Source: Paramecium tetraurelia
Taxonomy: Eukaryota
Length of the DNA stretch: 64,000 nucleotides
Direction of reading: 5' to 3'
Assembly: GCA_000165425.1 (NCBI GenBank)
Contig: CT868001.1
Location: 186,001 to 250,000, forward strand
Under the pieces are notes generated by a model. The model saw only the letters and a list, made by a program, of their open reading frames with translations, made no database searches and was not told the DNA's origin. A program made the translations under genes and the position numbers. How positions within the stretch are numbered: the stretch's first letter is position 1; every line of letters starts with the position of its first letter. Shown here one piece after another: positions 1 to 13,039 of this stretch.

Positions 1-3000
1 ATACAACCAGCCAAGGTTGAACTGAGGGTGCAATTAGGTGCAAAATCACTGCAACGTTCATGAGTGGTAAATGTTTATGGTGCTTTACTGCACAATCTCG
101 TATAACAAGCTGAATTAATACTATCCCATTTACATTCCTAACCTGTTGAACTGTATCTGCATTAATCTTCGATTTTATACTCTTCACAATCAGCTCTATT
201 TTTGCATCCATAAGCCGAAAGGACTCCTGGTGCTATTTCAGTGACACCCACAGTACATTTGTCTTAAACTTAGGTGTATTTATTTAACGGAAGTTCTGAA
301 CAAGCCTTATGTGTTTAATATTTATTTGGATCAGCTGATTCGCATGAAAGGGTTTCACAGAATTCATTTTCAGGGTTATCGGTGTTCCAATGGCAATATA
401 AACCAGATGAATCAATAACACACTGCTCTTTGTGATGGTAATCCTTGCATGCTTATAAATTCATGCATCCACTTGGATATGATATTGATTAATCATTAGG
501 ATCTACAACAAAATTGACAGTGCATCTTTCAAATTTATTTTATTTTTTGGGATCCTAAATATTGTTTAACTCATAACATTCGTCGTGAGAATCATATTTT
601 TCAGTTTTTTCTATCGTTTTGCATTCAAAAAGAGCACATTTTTTCAAAGTTGGATTCCAGAAGCAGAGTCGATTTTAATTATCAACAACGCATTGTAACT
701 CTGATACGTAAGAATCACAAGAGTTTCTAGATATACAGCCTCCCGCTTAAGCTACAGTGCATGTTGACATATATGATTCACATTAGGCATCGCTTGTTAA
801 AGTATCATCAGAAGAGTAGCAAGTTTTCTTTATGCAGATATTTTATTTCACATCCAACATACATGGCCCTTCGATAAGTGATCTTAAACATTAGTTGGAA
901 GGATAATTTAAACAATTGCTCTTCATTTCTACACATCCATTGTTTGAAGCATTCACAGTGCATGCATTCTTCCATTTTACACATGTTTCATGTGTAAATG
1001 GTCCAACTGCATTCTAACAAGTTTTGAGAGTACAACCTGAAGTTCCTTAATTTGTACATGCCTCATTGATTTTACTGCACTTGTCAAAAGTATAAACTGT
1101 ATCTTTTCCAAGAAAAATCTATTCACAGGTCACTCCTTTAGAGGATTAACATTTAGCATCTGCATCATTTTAAGCAGACTGGATACATAATTCATTCTCA
1201 CTTCTATAGCAATCAGAAACTCTAGTCTCATATCCTCCACATTACTTTCTAGCCACACATTCAGTTCCTGCTCGATTAACACTACAAAAAGTGCTAAAGC
1301 CTTAGCAATCTTCATAGGTTAATCCTGTTCCTTTTTTGTATGAGCAATTCTTGTCTGCTTCTATTAAGGTTGTAATACCAACACACTCACTTGTAGTGCC
1401 AACTTACCAAATGCAATTACTCTATTCTGACTTTACACATAAGTTCTCCTCCTTGTAAGTACCACAACTAGTTTAAATTAAGATACATTTTGTCTTATCC
1501 TTGCTCACAGTACATGTTTCATCAAATTAATGACAAATTTGCTCTGTAAGGTTTACACCCGTCTTTTCATCACAAGATTTATTGACACACGGCACTTTAC
1601 CAACTCCACCTAGGGGATATTTGCAAAACTCTCTATTTTTCTTACAATCTGCATCATTTTCATTTGACCAATTGCTACAGGGTGTAAATTACTTATAGCA
1701 CGATAACCCATTTGTGGCACAAGAACGGTCTGTGCTAGCATTATAGCAATCCTGTACTGAATATTAAGGACAACGATCTTTTTCGGGAACACAACCAGTC
1801 AACGCATTGTTAACTGAGCAACTAAGTTTATTAGCTTTTAATTTTTAGCAATGGGTTAATGAAGATATCGGTGGTCCTCCAGTTTTTCCAGTTTAAGTGA
1901 TATAATCGTAACATGTTTTCAAAATACATCCTGTTTTACCATCATTAGCCTTGCAATAGAAAGCGACATCTTCACAAGTTTAAGTTGAATAATTTATCAA
2001 CACTATTCTTGAACAATCAACTTTATCCTAATCCCAACACCTTTTACCGTTCCATACACACATTGACCCATCCAGATTCTTAAAACATTATTCAGGGAAA
2101 AGATAGTTGTAACAATTCTGCTGTTTATCTATGCAACCTTTTCCACTTACCCTTGCAATTACCGTGCATGTTTCACTGTATTCCTGACAAGCAGCAAATG
2201 AATTATACTAAATAGAAGCCACATCCCCACACTTCTTCAGATCACAACTATATATTCCAGTTGTTTAATTTTACCTTATAACACATTCATTGCCATTAGA
2301 GTCAATATTACACTGTTCAGCTGGCACATATTATGAACAGCTTGATTTAAATGAAATGCAAGCAGTTCCATCTTCATTAACTGTACAAGAGTTATATGAT
2401 GTCTGATAGCAATTTTAATGATTGTAATTTAAAGAGTATATCTTTAAATTTAATGCGCTGCATGACTTTAATACGCATGCATCTCCCGTCCATAAACAAT
2501 CCCCATCTGAATAGAGACTCTTCTCTCTACAATTATCCTTTGTTTTCAGTTGGGAACAAGTATCAGGTTTCTTCATACATCCCAACCCTAGATCATTCAA
2601 GGTACAGCAACCTATGCCATCTGGCTTAGGACAATTCGATGAATTCAACCTGTATTGGTTGCAACTTTATGCTGTCTTATAATTGGCTCTATCAATACTA
2701 AACAGAGTGGAAACACAATTCCTTACTAAGCACTTGGAGTTGCCTTCATCCCAAACACAATCAAAACTATTTTGAATTTCGCAAGTTTCCTAAAGAGCTC
2801 TTTGGCTGCACTCTGGCAAAACCCAACATCCTCTTTTTTCATTGTTTACATAACAGCCTTTCATGTAATCCTGGCAGGCTATATTTGAGTCCCTGGTTAT
2901 AGGTGCAGTATAGCAAGACTTATCTTAACATTTATTATTTTTCCAAGCACACTCTTTTGTATTTTTGCCAGTAGAATTTAGACCTATAGATTGCCTTAAT

Positions 3001-4763
3001 CTACACCCTTCCTCCAACTCTATCATTTCACATTTCAAGGGAAGTGACATACAACCTTTACCAGTTTTCGACAACGTACAACTACTTAAATAAGCATTGC
3101 AATCTTCATGTGTTTTGATCTCTTATGATGCACTCTGGCAAGTTTTTGGTATGCATTTATTTCTCCATGAGCAAGTTCTACCATAAAAATCCAGTTGTCC
3201 TTTGCATGTATCTTATTGGTAGAAATTCTCACAAATTCTGTCTTCACATCCAGTGCCTGATTAATTCACTTTGCATTTTGACCAAAAACTCTAACATAAT
3301 TCTTAAGTATTGATTGTCGTTGGTGCTTTATTACATTACTTAGTAATGCATTTATCAGTTTGCTCATACCATTAGCAATCTGATCCATTAATATCCTTCA
3401 CGCAAGCAATTGCTATACTGACTTTAGAGCAAGAATCATTTTGAATGCAACCACCTCCACTTCTAGTAATACAATGATTATCAGGAAGATATCTCTCACA
3501 ATCTTCATTTGTTTTCAATGTGTCTGGAGCGTTTTTACAAGTTTTAGTTTGACATCCGTATCCATAGTCAGTGGTGCATTAGAACAGGAATTTCTCACAC
3601 TATTCATGTGTAGTCAACTTAGTTGATGCATTTTCACAGACCTTTTCAACACAAGAATCTTCCCACATACAATCCTTGCCTTCTGCACTCTTAGTTGTGT
3701 TACATTCTTATTGTGTTGCAATGGCACTGCATCCAGTATTCAATTTACATCCAATTCCTTCATTAGTTACACACTCACTTTTGAAGGATTAACATTACTT
3801 ATCTGTCTGATAATCTAATGGAGCCTAACTGCACTCATGAATTACACATTGACTAAAGGTGCTTACCCAGAAACAAGACTTTCCATTTGTATCTTCCTTG
3901 TTTTGACAGTCACTTTGGTTTTTTAAATCTGTGCAATATATGATTTTTTGGCATCCTCCACCACTTTTTGCTGTGCAGCTCTACATGAATTATCTACATC
4001 CATTGTAATCATAACTTAGTGGAGCATCTTCACAAGAAACTTCTCTGCATATGTTATTTGACCATGCGCATTTAACTTAGGATGACGTCAGTTTACATTA
4101 ATCTTCAAAGGTATAATCTCCACATTCTGCTGACAAATCTACACACTGAGAGTTATTATTCACAGTGCACTTAGCCAACTAACTATTACAAGCATCATGA
4201 CTTGTAGATTATAGCTTAGAAATTTCTGAGCAGCTGGCGAGTTCCTTACATCCCAATTAAGGATCCCATGTACATTATTGGGCGCGAATGTTTTTTTGCT
4301 TGCAAGCATCAACAGTATTATATTCAGTGCATTCCCCAATCTAAATACACTAAGTTAGATCTGATGTGCACATTGATGATATTGCATTGCATTCTGCATG
4401 TGATTTGGACACATACGCAGAGCACCCAGTAAAGAACTAGCACTACGAGCCCTCCCATACACAAGGATATTATTTTAAACACCCATCGCACATTTGCTAC
4501 TTGTTCTAACAGTTTGTACAAATGAAGGCTTTTTAACAATCTTGTATTGAAGCGTATTGAGAGCAAAAAGGCTTACCCTCTATAACGGGATTCTATGTGG
4601 TTTAAGTTGAAATCACACAGGTATTATTCTTCCATTCACAGTATTGGAGGGGAAATTTAGAGCAGTCTTGCTCTGATTTTAAGTTGACACACTAGCATGT
4701 CCCTTCATCACCATGAACAACAAGTAAAATTGTTAACAATATGAACACATGTAAATTGTTCAT
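1..4763 (-). CDS. Paramecium surface-antigen-like cysteine-periodic protein; 3' end runs out of the window
   Basis: Code 6 gives MNNLHVFILLTILLVVHGDEGTCQC (signal peptide) then ~70-aa Cys-periodic repeats (C.W....C....C..AP....TH..C......CT....GC). The start codon and the codons at the window edge are in the same frame. Confidence 0.9.
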
Positions 4764-5744
4764 CGTATATAAATTTATGTCTTACGAAAAAAAAGATTTG
4801 GAATTTATATAAAATTATTCTATATTAGGAATACCAATAATTTAGAGTTTGTTTATCAATTTTTGTTTCTAATAAATATGTTCGATATCTATTATACACA
4901 CTTGATTTAAAGAGCTTAACTGAATAATTATTTATTCTTATAATTATTTTTGCTCTTTTATAATTTGTACACGCTTTACATGCTTGTATATATTACAAAT
5001 ATATATCTATTCACTCAAATAATACAATCATAGTAGAAACTCTGACCTTAAATATAATTAAGAAAGTAATAGAAATCAAATAAATATTATTAAAAAATAT
5101 TCTGTTTCACAATATTACGATTAATAATTAAAAAAAGGCTATAAACGTATGCTTATAAGCTAATTCATCTCAATTTACCTTTGGATGCTGAAGGGATCTC
5201 AATTTAAACAGTCGAAGAAATGACACCATTCATAGTAATTATTTAATTATAAACAAATATAATAAATTTTATTATCAAACTTTTTAATTACGATTCGGAT
5301 AAAAAAAATTCATTTAAATTTCTACTTGACTTTTTTATTATAGATCTCCATTCACTTATTTAATCATAGTATATCAAAAAGTTAACTTCTATAACTAATA
5401 AAGCAATAATACTAAGAAGAACAACTCAGTAAGTTTTGAATTATAACGATAACATCCATATAATTTAGACGTTTCTGATAATAACGATAGAAACACTTAA
5501 ATAATCAAGCTTATCCCAAAAAAGAAATAAATATTTTAAATACTAATTTATACAATTACCGAAATTTATATTAAATTAATTATATACTTATATGATTTTT
5601 TGATTTTCTTATTCCAGAAAGTCTTCAATTCCTTTAAGTGATGTCAAAGCGTATGAATTATAAATTCTTAATTAATTAAAGTGTTATACTCTCCTTTTTA
5701 TATACTTATGCTTCGTCTTTATTATAATTAAGATTTTAATTAAC

Positions 5745-7012
5745 ATGAGTGATTCGATAACTGAGTCAAACTCCTTTGAAAGAAATGCGAATGCTGTAGT
5801 TTTAGATCATAAATATTTTCTCGTGCGTTTAATTTACAAGGGCCGAAGTCATAACTTGTATTTAGGTAATTAGTTAGATCTAATAGGAAGTGTAGCTTTA
5901 AATAAGGATGATCCGAATATCTACTATTTAGTAGAAATGAAAAGGTATAATGATTTACAATATAAAATAGTTAGGAGCAATACAATTCCTTTGTTTGTGA
6001 CGAAAGAATCATTAAAAAAATGCATGACTGTACTAATTATAAAAATAGTCTTTAAGTGCAAATCATTCCAAAGTCAATACAATAGGGAATATACAAATTC
6101 AAGAATATGGAATATCGATACAATATAAAGGAAAGATGTGGACCTTCTCTTAAACTTTGTTTTCAACATCAAAATCGAAAGTTTGCTGATTAAGTGTTTG
6201 CTACTCTGGCAATTGAAGCGGTAATATTGAGTACTTATTTTCAGATATCTGTGTTGGAGAAAATGCATTCAGCATCGATGGTTCATTGCTATTTAAAACC
6301 GAAGAAATTTGTGACTATGCACAGGGGAGTTTAATTGCTTTTAACTGACCTAAAGTTTGCCCAAAAATACAAGTTGAGACAGTTATTAAACTAGAATACG
6401 AAAAACAAATTTCAATACGCTTTAGCATTAAATAAATATTCAAGTCTAAATCTGCACCTAGGGATAAGTAATGCAATAAGTTAAATAAAGAACCTTGTCC
6501 CAGAGATGATCTGGAATCCCTGGCATATATTCTAATTAACTTTTACGTTGGAGGTCGACTATTTAAAACAAAGCAGAAGAAAACTAAGAGCGATAAAATT
6601 AAAGAGGTGGAATTATAGAAGATGAATCTGATAATTGAGAAGGCATTCCCATCTCTGCCAAAAGAAATAATTTAATTCTATTATCATGTAAAATTGTCCA
6701 ATATTGATTAATACAAAGTGATCAACTATGATGAACTTAAGGCATATTTTTATAAAATGATGCAAAAAAACAACAATACAACCAACTTAAAATCTTATCC
6801 ATGGGTAATGCTATTTAAATATCAATATGAAGAATCAAGAGATGATTGAACCTCCAAAGCAGAACTCTCTTAGTAGTTTAACTTCGGTGGTTGAAGATGA
6901 CGAAAACGAATCCGATGATTCATTAATCGAAGAACAGTCAATTCTGAGTGTTATAGAGTAGTTGAAACAAATTACTAAAACTAAAAAACTACTCTCTGAT
7001 TTGGATAATTGA
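5745..7012 (+). CDS. Casein kinase 1-like protein, probable pseudokinase
   Basis: CK1-like segments GPSL and CPRDDLESLAYIL are present. Catalytic loop reads VHCYLKPKKF and DFG reads DLK. Several micro-introns; TGA at 7010-7012. Confidence 0.75.
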
Positions 7013-7172
7013 TTCATAATTTTTTTATTTAAATTCTTAATTACCTGAGATACTTCTTCTGTTAAGACTTGGAAGTGTTCTAAAATTAAATGAATAGATA
7101 TTGGTTACATTAATATCTAAACTTTAGCTATTTAAATAGTTGTTAAGCAATTTATTTTTTGTTTATTTTTTA

Positions 7173-7758
7173 ATGAAATAAATAATCATTTTAGCTTTAC
7201 TCCTAATCTTGGTTCTTGGAGATTAACATTAGAACAAACACAACCATTATAAGCATAAAAAAGGACATGGTAAATAAATTAATTATCCTAGCATTTAAGT
7301 GGGTTCTCATTTCAATCTTTGCTGTCGGAGCATTTTTTGTAATCAGAAGAATAGTGAGAAGAAGAAGACACTTAAAGAAAATGAAAAAATAAAGAATGAA
7401 CAACCTATCAGAAACTGTTGTCTATGGAGAACCAATGAATGATAATGTTCAACAGCCTCAGTTTTATGCTGTTCCAATTGAACAATACAAATAATTTAAA
7501 AATTGGTTGAACTAATAACAATAACAACAATAATAAGAGGCTTTACTTTAATAATAATAATAGTAATAGCAGATCCAACAATAAATATTGTTATAATAAT
7601 AACAGTCGGCCCAAAGAGCTTAAATCCCTTAACAACCTGTTACTGGGTATCCAATATATTAGCAATATCCTTAATAAGTACCTTCAATAGTTTACCCATA
7701 GCTCTTGAACAAGAGTAATGTAGAGATTCAACTACCCGAAGTTAGGGTTCCATAATGA
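7173..7758 (+). CDS. Small single-pass membrane protein with Gln/Pro/Tyr-rich tail (187 aa)
   Basis: Signal peptide MKQIIILALLLILVLG, His-rich stretch, 22-nt intron 7270-7291, TM segment FKWVLISIFAVGAFFVI followed by RRIVRRRR. Spliced length 564 nt. Confidence 0.75.
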
Positions 7759-8146
7759 ACTATTCATTATTAAAATATACATAACATCATTATATCACAA
7801 TTCTATAAATTAAAATATTTATGCTTTTTGTTTATTACCTTACTTAAATTGAGCAATGAAGAAAGTAAAAATTGAATAAATTATTTACTTCTGAAATTAA
7901 GTGGGTATACCTTATAATATTTGAAAGTACAGGTAAGTTCATTAATATCTACTTCCTGTAGATGATATTGTTTAATATTGCACTGCAATAAGAAGGGGTG
8001 AAAAAAGAAGGAATATAAAGGTTAAGGGCAGATGGCCCCATGGAAAGTTTTGAATAAGATATTGATATTAAGATTAGTGGAATACTGAAATTTTCGTATT
8101 TATAGAAATAAGTGGATATAAATGATATTAAATAAAATAAAATTAA

Positions 8147-9146
8147 ATGGGGCCATATCTAAGCTAACCAAAAAGAGATAAAACAACAACAACGGGATAA
8201 GGAAAGTCTGTTATATTTGCTGCCTCAGAAATGCAAGGTATGGTGTATATGGAATAATTTAGGCTGGAGGAACACGATGGAGGATGCTCATATTCATAGA
8301 CCTGATATTATACAAGATGTCTCTGTTTTTGGTGTTTTTGATGGACATGGAGGTAGAGAGGTTGCCTAATTTGTGGAGAAGCACTTTGTGGATGAGTTAT
8401 TGAAAAATAAAAACTTTAAGGAACAAAAATTCGAAGAAGCACTTAAAGAAACATTTTTAAAGATGGATGAATTGTTGTTGACTCCAGAAGGGCAAAAGGA
8501 ATTAAATTAATACAAAGCAACTGATACTGATGGTAAATTCTTATTAGATTTTTAGAATCTTATGCCGGATGCACTGCCAATGTAGCCTTGATTTATAAGA
8601 ATACTCTGTATGTTGCCAATGCTGGTGATTCAAGATCAGTTTTATGCAGAAATAATACTAATCACGACATGAGCGTTGATCATAAGCCAGATAATCCCGA
8701 AGAGAAATCCAGAATTGAGAGAGCAGGTGGTTTCGTTAGTGATGGTCGAGTGAATGGTATTTATTTATCAAAGAATGATAGGTAACTTGAATTTATCGAG
8801 AGCCTTGGGAGATTTGGAATATAAACGGGACAACAAGTTAAGATCTAATGAATAATTGATTATCGCCCTTCCAGATGTTAAGAAAACGGAATTGACTCCA
8901 TAAGACAAGTATAAATTAAACTAAAAATTTAGATTTATTTTAATGGGTTGCGATGGTGTCTTTGAAACTTTGAATCATTAAGAGTTGTTGAAGCAAGTCA
9001 ACTCAACTATTGGTTAAGCCCAAGTGACTGAGGAATTGTTGAAAAAGGCTGCTGAAGATTTATTAGATTAATTATTAGCTCCAGACACAAGTCAAGGAAC
9101 TGGCTGTGACAACATGACAACCATCCTAGTATATTTGAGGAGATGA
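8147..9146 (+). CDS. PP2C: Protein phosphatase 2C
   Basis: MGPYLSQP N-terminus, MQGWRNTMEDAH, FGVFDGHGG, VANAGDSRSVL, DHKP, NLSRALGD, GCDGVF, GCDNMT; four micro-introns. Confidence 0.97.
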
Positions 9147-9180
9147 AAAAGAATATAAAAACAACATTTATGTAATATTA

Positions 9181-10909
9181 TCAGATATTGTTAATTGCTG
9201 CGTCAATGAACGAATTCCATTCAATAACGTTATACCTCTGTATTTCAATCGATAATAATTTGATCTTCTGCATTATCCTATCTATTTACTAAGTTTCCAC
9301 TTCAGAAATATCATTTTAATTTATTCCTAGCAATTTCTTCTCTAAAATGTTATAATATTCGTATTGTTTGGTGTGTTGATTTCTAAAGTTTAGGAAATTT
9401 TCCTTCAATTGCTGAAATTACATATAAATTTTGGAAGACTCATCATTTAGCATCGGCAGAAAATACTTACAAATGTTCTTGTCCTCATTCTCTAAATGCT
9501 TTAAAACAATCAAACAGGGAATAGTGACAAAAATATCACTATCTCTACACTCCAGTTGCTCAGCAAATTAAACATATTTTTCAGCTGTTGTCTCTATAAT
9601 ATGAGAAAATAACATCAATTGTGTGTATTTTTTAGGCTCCAATAAGTAGGATAATCCCTTCTCCCACTATGTTTCATACTCAAACAATAAGTCAACTAAT
9701 TCTTAATTATTTTTTAATTAAGGATCCACCATTTCAATATTACTCTCATATTTTCTCATCTGCTCTCGAAATTTTTAAAAACTGATATTTTGTCATAACA
9801 ATACTTTGTTTTTATACTATCAGCCAAAGTTCTTACAGCTTTTGATTATTCCTTCGTAACCCTCCTGGTTATACCCTCTGCCTCTAATAAAATATTAACT
9901 CCTAAATCGTCCATGCCCTTTCCTTCCACATTTGCCACTGAGTTTATTTTTGCTATCACTTTGCAGAACTACATTAGTTATTTTTCATCATATTACTTGA
10001 GTCTTTAATTAGATGTAATGATCACTAGTAACCAAAATCTTTCCTCTTAATTTTTCTCTAATCTCTATCGATTACATATCCTTATCTATTGCAATTGCTT
10101 GAAAAATAAACCTACGAGCCCTTGCTTCAATTTCCATCAGTTCCTTCACATACAGCTACATTAGATAATGTATCTTTTTACTTTTTCGAAATTGACCCAC
10201 GTTTCGTCAAACGTCTCCAAGAGATACTTGATCTCTTTCTTTATTTTAGAGATGCTAAAATCTGGACTTTCCTATAAAGTACTAGTATACAAATGTCTTA
10301 GGAAATGTTGCACTCTATAAAACCCTTCAACTAGTTTACTGCCAGCCTCCAACACTTCTTATGTGAATGAGTATTTCTCTGAATTCACCCACAGATAAGG
10401 AAAACCTATTGAAAATGGTCAAATGGATTAACCTTCTTAAGCACTATCGAGAATTTCTGTCAAATAGCATAATTTATCCTCAGTGTAAAGTATTTTGTAT
10501 GCCTTTGAAAATTGATTCCTATATTCACGAGATTCAGCCTTAATATTATATGTCTATTTAATGAAACTGATATTTTTACTTCACACATTATTTCGAGATT
10601 TTATAAAAATTTTTTGCAGCCCTTCTATCCTTCAGGGTTGTCTAAATCGTATTTATGAAATTCTCTCTAAACAAGCCGACTTGATAATCTTTGAGCTTTC
10701 TCTAAACGCTAATACTCACTCGATCTAATTGGAATAGAAGATTAACCAGAGAATGTACCTCTTAAATTCTTCTAATTCTGTCAAAGGTCTTGGAGGAGCT
10801 GTCATACATCGCTTCAAAGGAGAGTCATCTTAGGAAGTATTATCAGAGACTGCAAGTTATTATAAATTTTATTACTATCATCCTCTATGTCTTAATCGTA
10901 TTATTGCAT
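9181..10909 (-). CDS. Conserved hypothetical helical protein (possible LST2/ZFYVE28 N-terminal-like domain)
   Basis: Open in code 6 with several micro-introns. Contains LETFDETWVNFEKLYVKELMEIE and DIFVTIPCLIVL; ends IQRYNVIEWNSFIDAAINNI*. Confidence 0.7.
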
Positions 10910-10937
10910 TTAATAATTATTATTTGCATCGTAAAAT

Positions 10938-12229
10938 ATGCAGCAAAATTCAACCAATCATGAAGATGGTTAGCCAAATAATATCATTGATAACTTGGAA
11001 TTCTAATCTGTTCTTGACAGTATTGTTACTTTAAGTATTTTTAAGTTTAAAATCTAAATGATGATCAATTTGAAGAAGAAATGCCAGAATAAAATAACCA
11101 CATTTAGGAGAGAAATAAAGAATAATAAAGCAATTCAATCCCACCTCATTAAGAAATACACAGAAATGGTGATTAAAGGCAGTAACCAATATTGGAGGGT
11201 GAATTTTACAAAGTTAGTCCTCATTTTTTGGAAACGAATTCTGTAAATTTTATCTTCAACTTATTCAGACATATTATTGCACTTTATCTTAAAGAAGATT
11301 TACATATTACAACATCAAAAATAGGGAAAAACCATTAGGAATTTTGGACTTTGACTATTAAAAATACATATTCTATGTGAAATCAAAAGATGACACTTAC
11401 ATTCAGAGTTTCATGTATACATTTAAATATAAAAGATTATAGCCAGAAGGCTGTGAGAAGAAATTCGAATTTATAGTGCCTACTAGAACCAGGGAATAAT
11501 CTAAATAGTGGGTTTCATTAATTCATTACTACCTCTAGTAATCCAATGGATATTTAAATAATATTATGAGCTTGTCAAAATATCATAGGTTCTGGAGACA
11601 TGAAAGAATTTTGGATCCTCAAATATTAGCACAAGCTCAAACAGGTGATTTGCTTATCTTTCGCACCAGAGGAAAACTACAAAACTTATAAAGATCTATC
11701 ACCAGAAGCGATTACGATCACATTGTTATGTTTCTCAAAAACCCTTTGGAAGACCCAATGCTCTTTGAGTCTAGCAATTAATATGGAGTCATCTCCTTTA
11801 GTTATAGTATAATTTTGTCATTTCCCTTTAGAACGCTTTGTAAAAGCCAAGTCGTTCAAAAATTATGAAAAGTAATTATTATTTAGAATTCAAGGATTCT
11901 CTATAAGCCGTTACTGAATGTTTCTGAAAATGATCGTATCCTCATGTATGCTTATGCTGAAGCCCAATTTGGAAAAGGTTACTCTTTGAGCATGATGAAA
12001 TTCTTTAAGAAAAGCACAAGGCAAAACTTTTTTTGCTCTGAATTGATTGCTTACATCTATTAGCTAATGGGATTTATACCTGAATCAGAAAAATGTTGTT
12101 CCTTTTTACCAGGTTTCTTTTCTATCCTTAAAAATAGGCAATTTTACTGATGAAGATAAACGAATGGATTTACTTAAATCTGCTTAGCTAGGACCTGATT
12201 ATATTGTGGATTTTTATTATCTATAATGA
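10938..12229 (+). CDS. PH-domain + permuted papain-like NlpC/P60 (YaeF/YiiX-type) protein
   Basis: PH-like region (LEGEFYK...YCTLSQRRFTYY...PLGILDF...SKQWVSLI) followed by TGDLLIFR, SDYDHIVM, GKGYSL and FFCSELIAYIYQLMG (His before Cys = permuted order). Confidence 0.85.
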
Positions 12230-12252
12230 TTAAGTTAAATATGTTATATGAA

Positions 12253-13039
12253 TCAATTTAGAGTTGAAAATATAAAATCCGCTAAAACTTTTTATATTTC
12301 AAATAGAAACGCATCAAATTTTTTCTCAGTCTTAACAGCCTTTTAAATTTGCCTCTCTAAATTTTAGAATCCTTTGAGATTCTGTATTTTAATAACGTGA
12401 GTTCTAGAATTCATTTGAATTTCGCCTTCTTTGAATATGAGATCTATCATTTCTGAGAATGCATCATAAATTTGTGATTTATATCGATGTTGCATTCTTG
12501 CTTTTAACCAATCCGAATTTTTTGTTTTAGTTTAATCAAGCTGGTACTTCTGATTTGAATTTTAGAATATCTGCGTATAACATTAACAATTACCCAATAT
12601 TTTTGATTAAAATATCTTTCTACCAACATGCAATCAATTTCACACATTTTTTTGCATCCATAAGTAGTTTAATTTAATTTGAATTCATTTTAAACAATGC
12701 TCTACTTTTAAATCATACTCGCCAAGCTATTTTACATGCCATGCTTAATGAATTGGTTTGCTGTTTCTACAAACTCATTTTTTGGTTCTCCTTCATAATT
12801 TCAATATAAAAAACCTAAGATGGGAAATATAGGAGTTGATTGAAAGTATGGAAATTGTTGAATTGGATATTGGAGATCACCCTATTTATGCTCAAACGAA
12901 TTTGATTCGCTCTTATGATGACACTCATTCAAAGGATTTCTATATCTTTAAAAGGAACTTTCAGCCTCTAATTTAATTAAAATGGTTAATAGTTACATCT
13001 TAACGTAGGAATTTTTGTGTTAGTATTATTAAAATCCAT
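12253..13039 (-). CDS. Hypothetical protein
   Basis: MDFNNTNTKIPTLR...; stays open to TGA at 12253 if three GT-AG micro-introns are removed; no recognisable domain. Confidence 0.55.

Noticed and set aside
7850..8100. Purine-rich segment with an intron-like GTAAGT...GTAG upstream of PP2C
   Set aside because: No coherent ATG-to-TGA frame could be built; at most a small relic.
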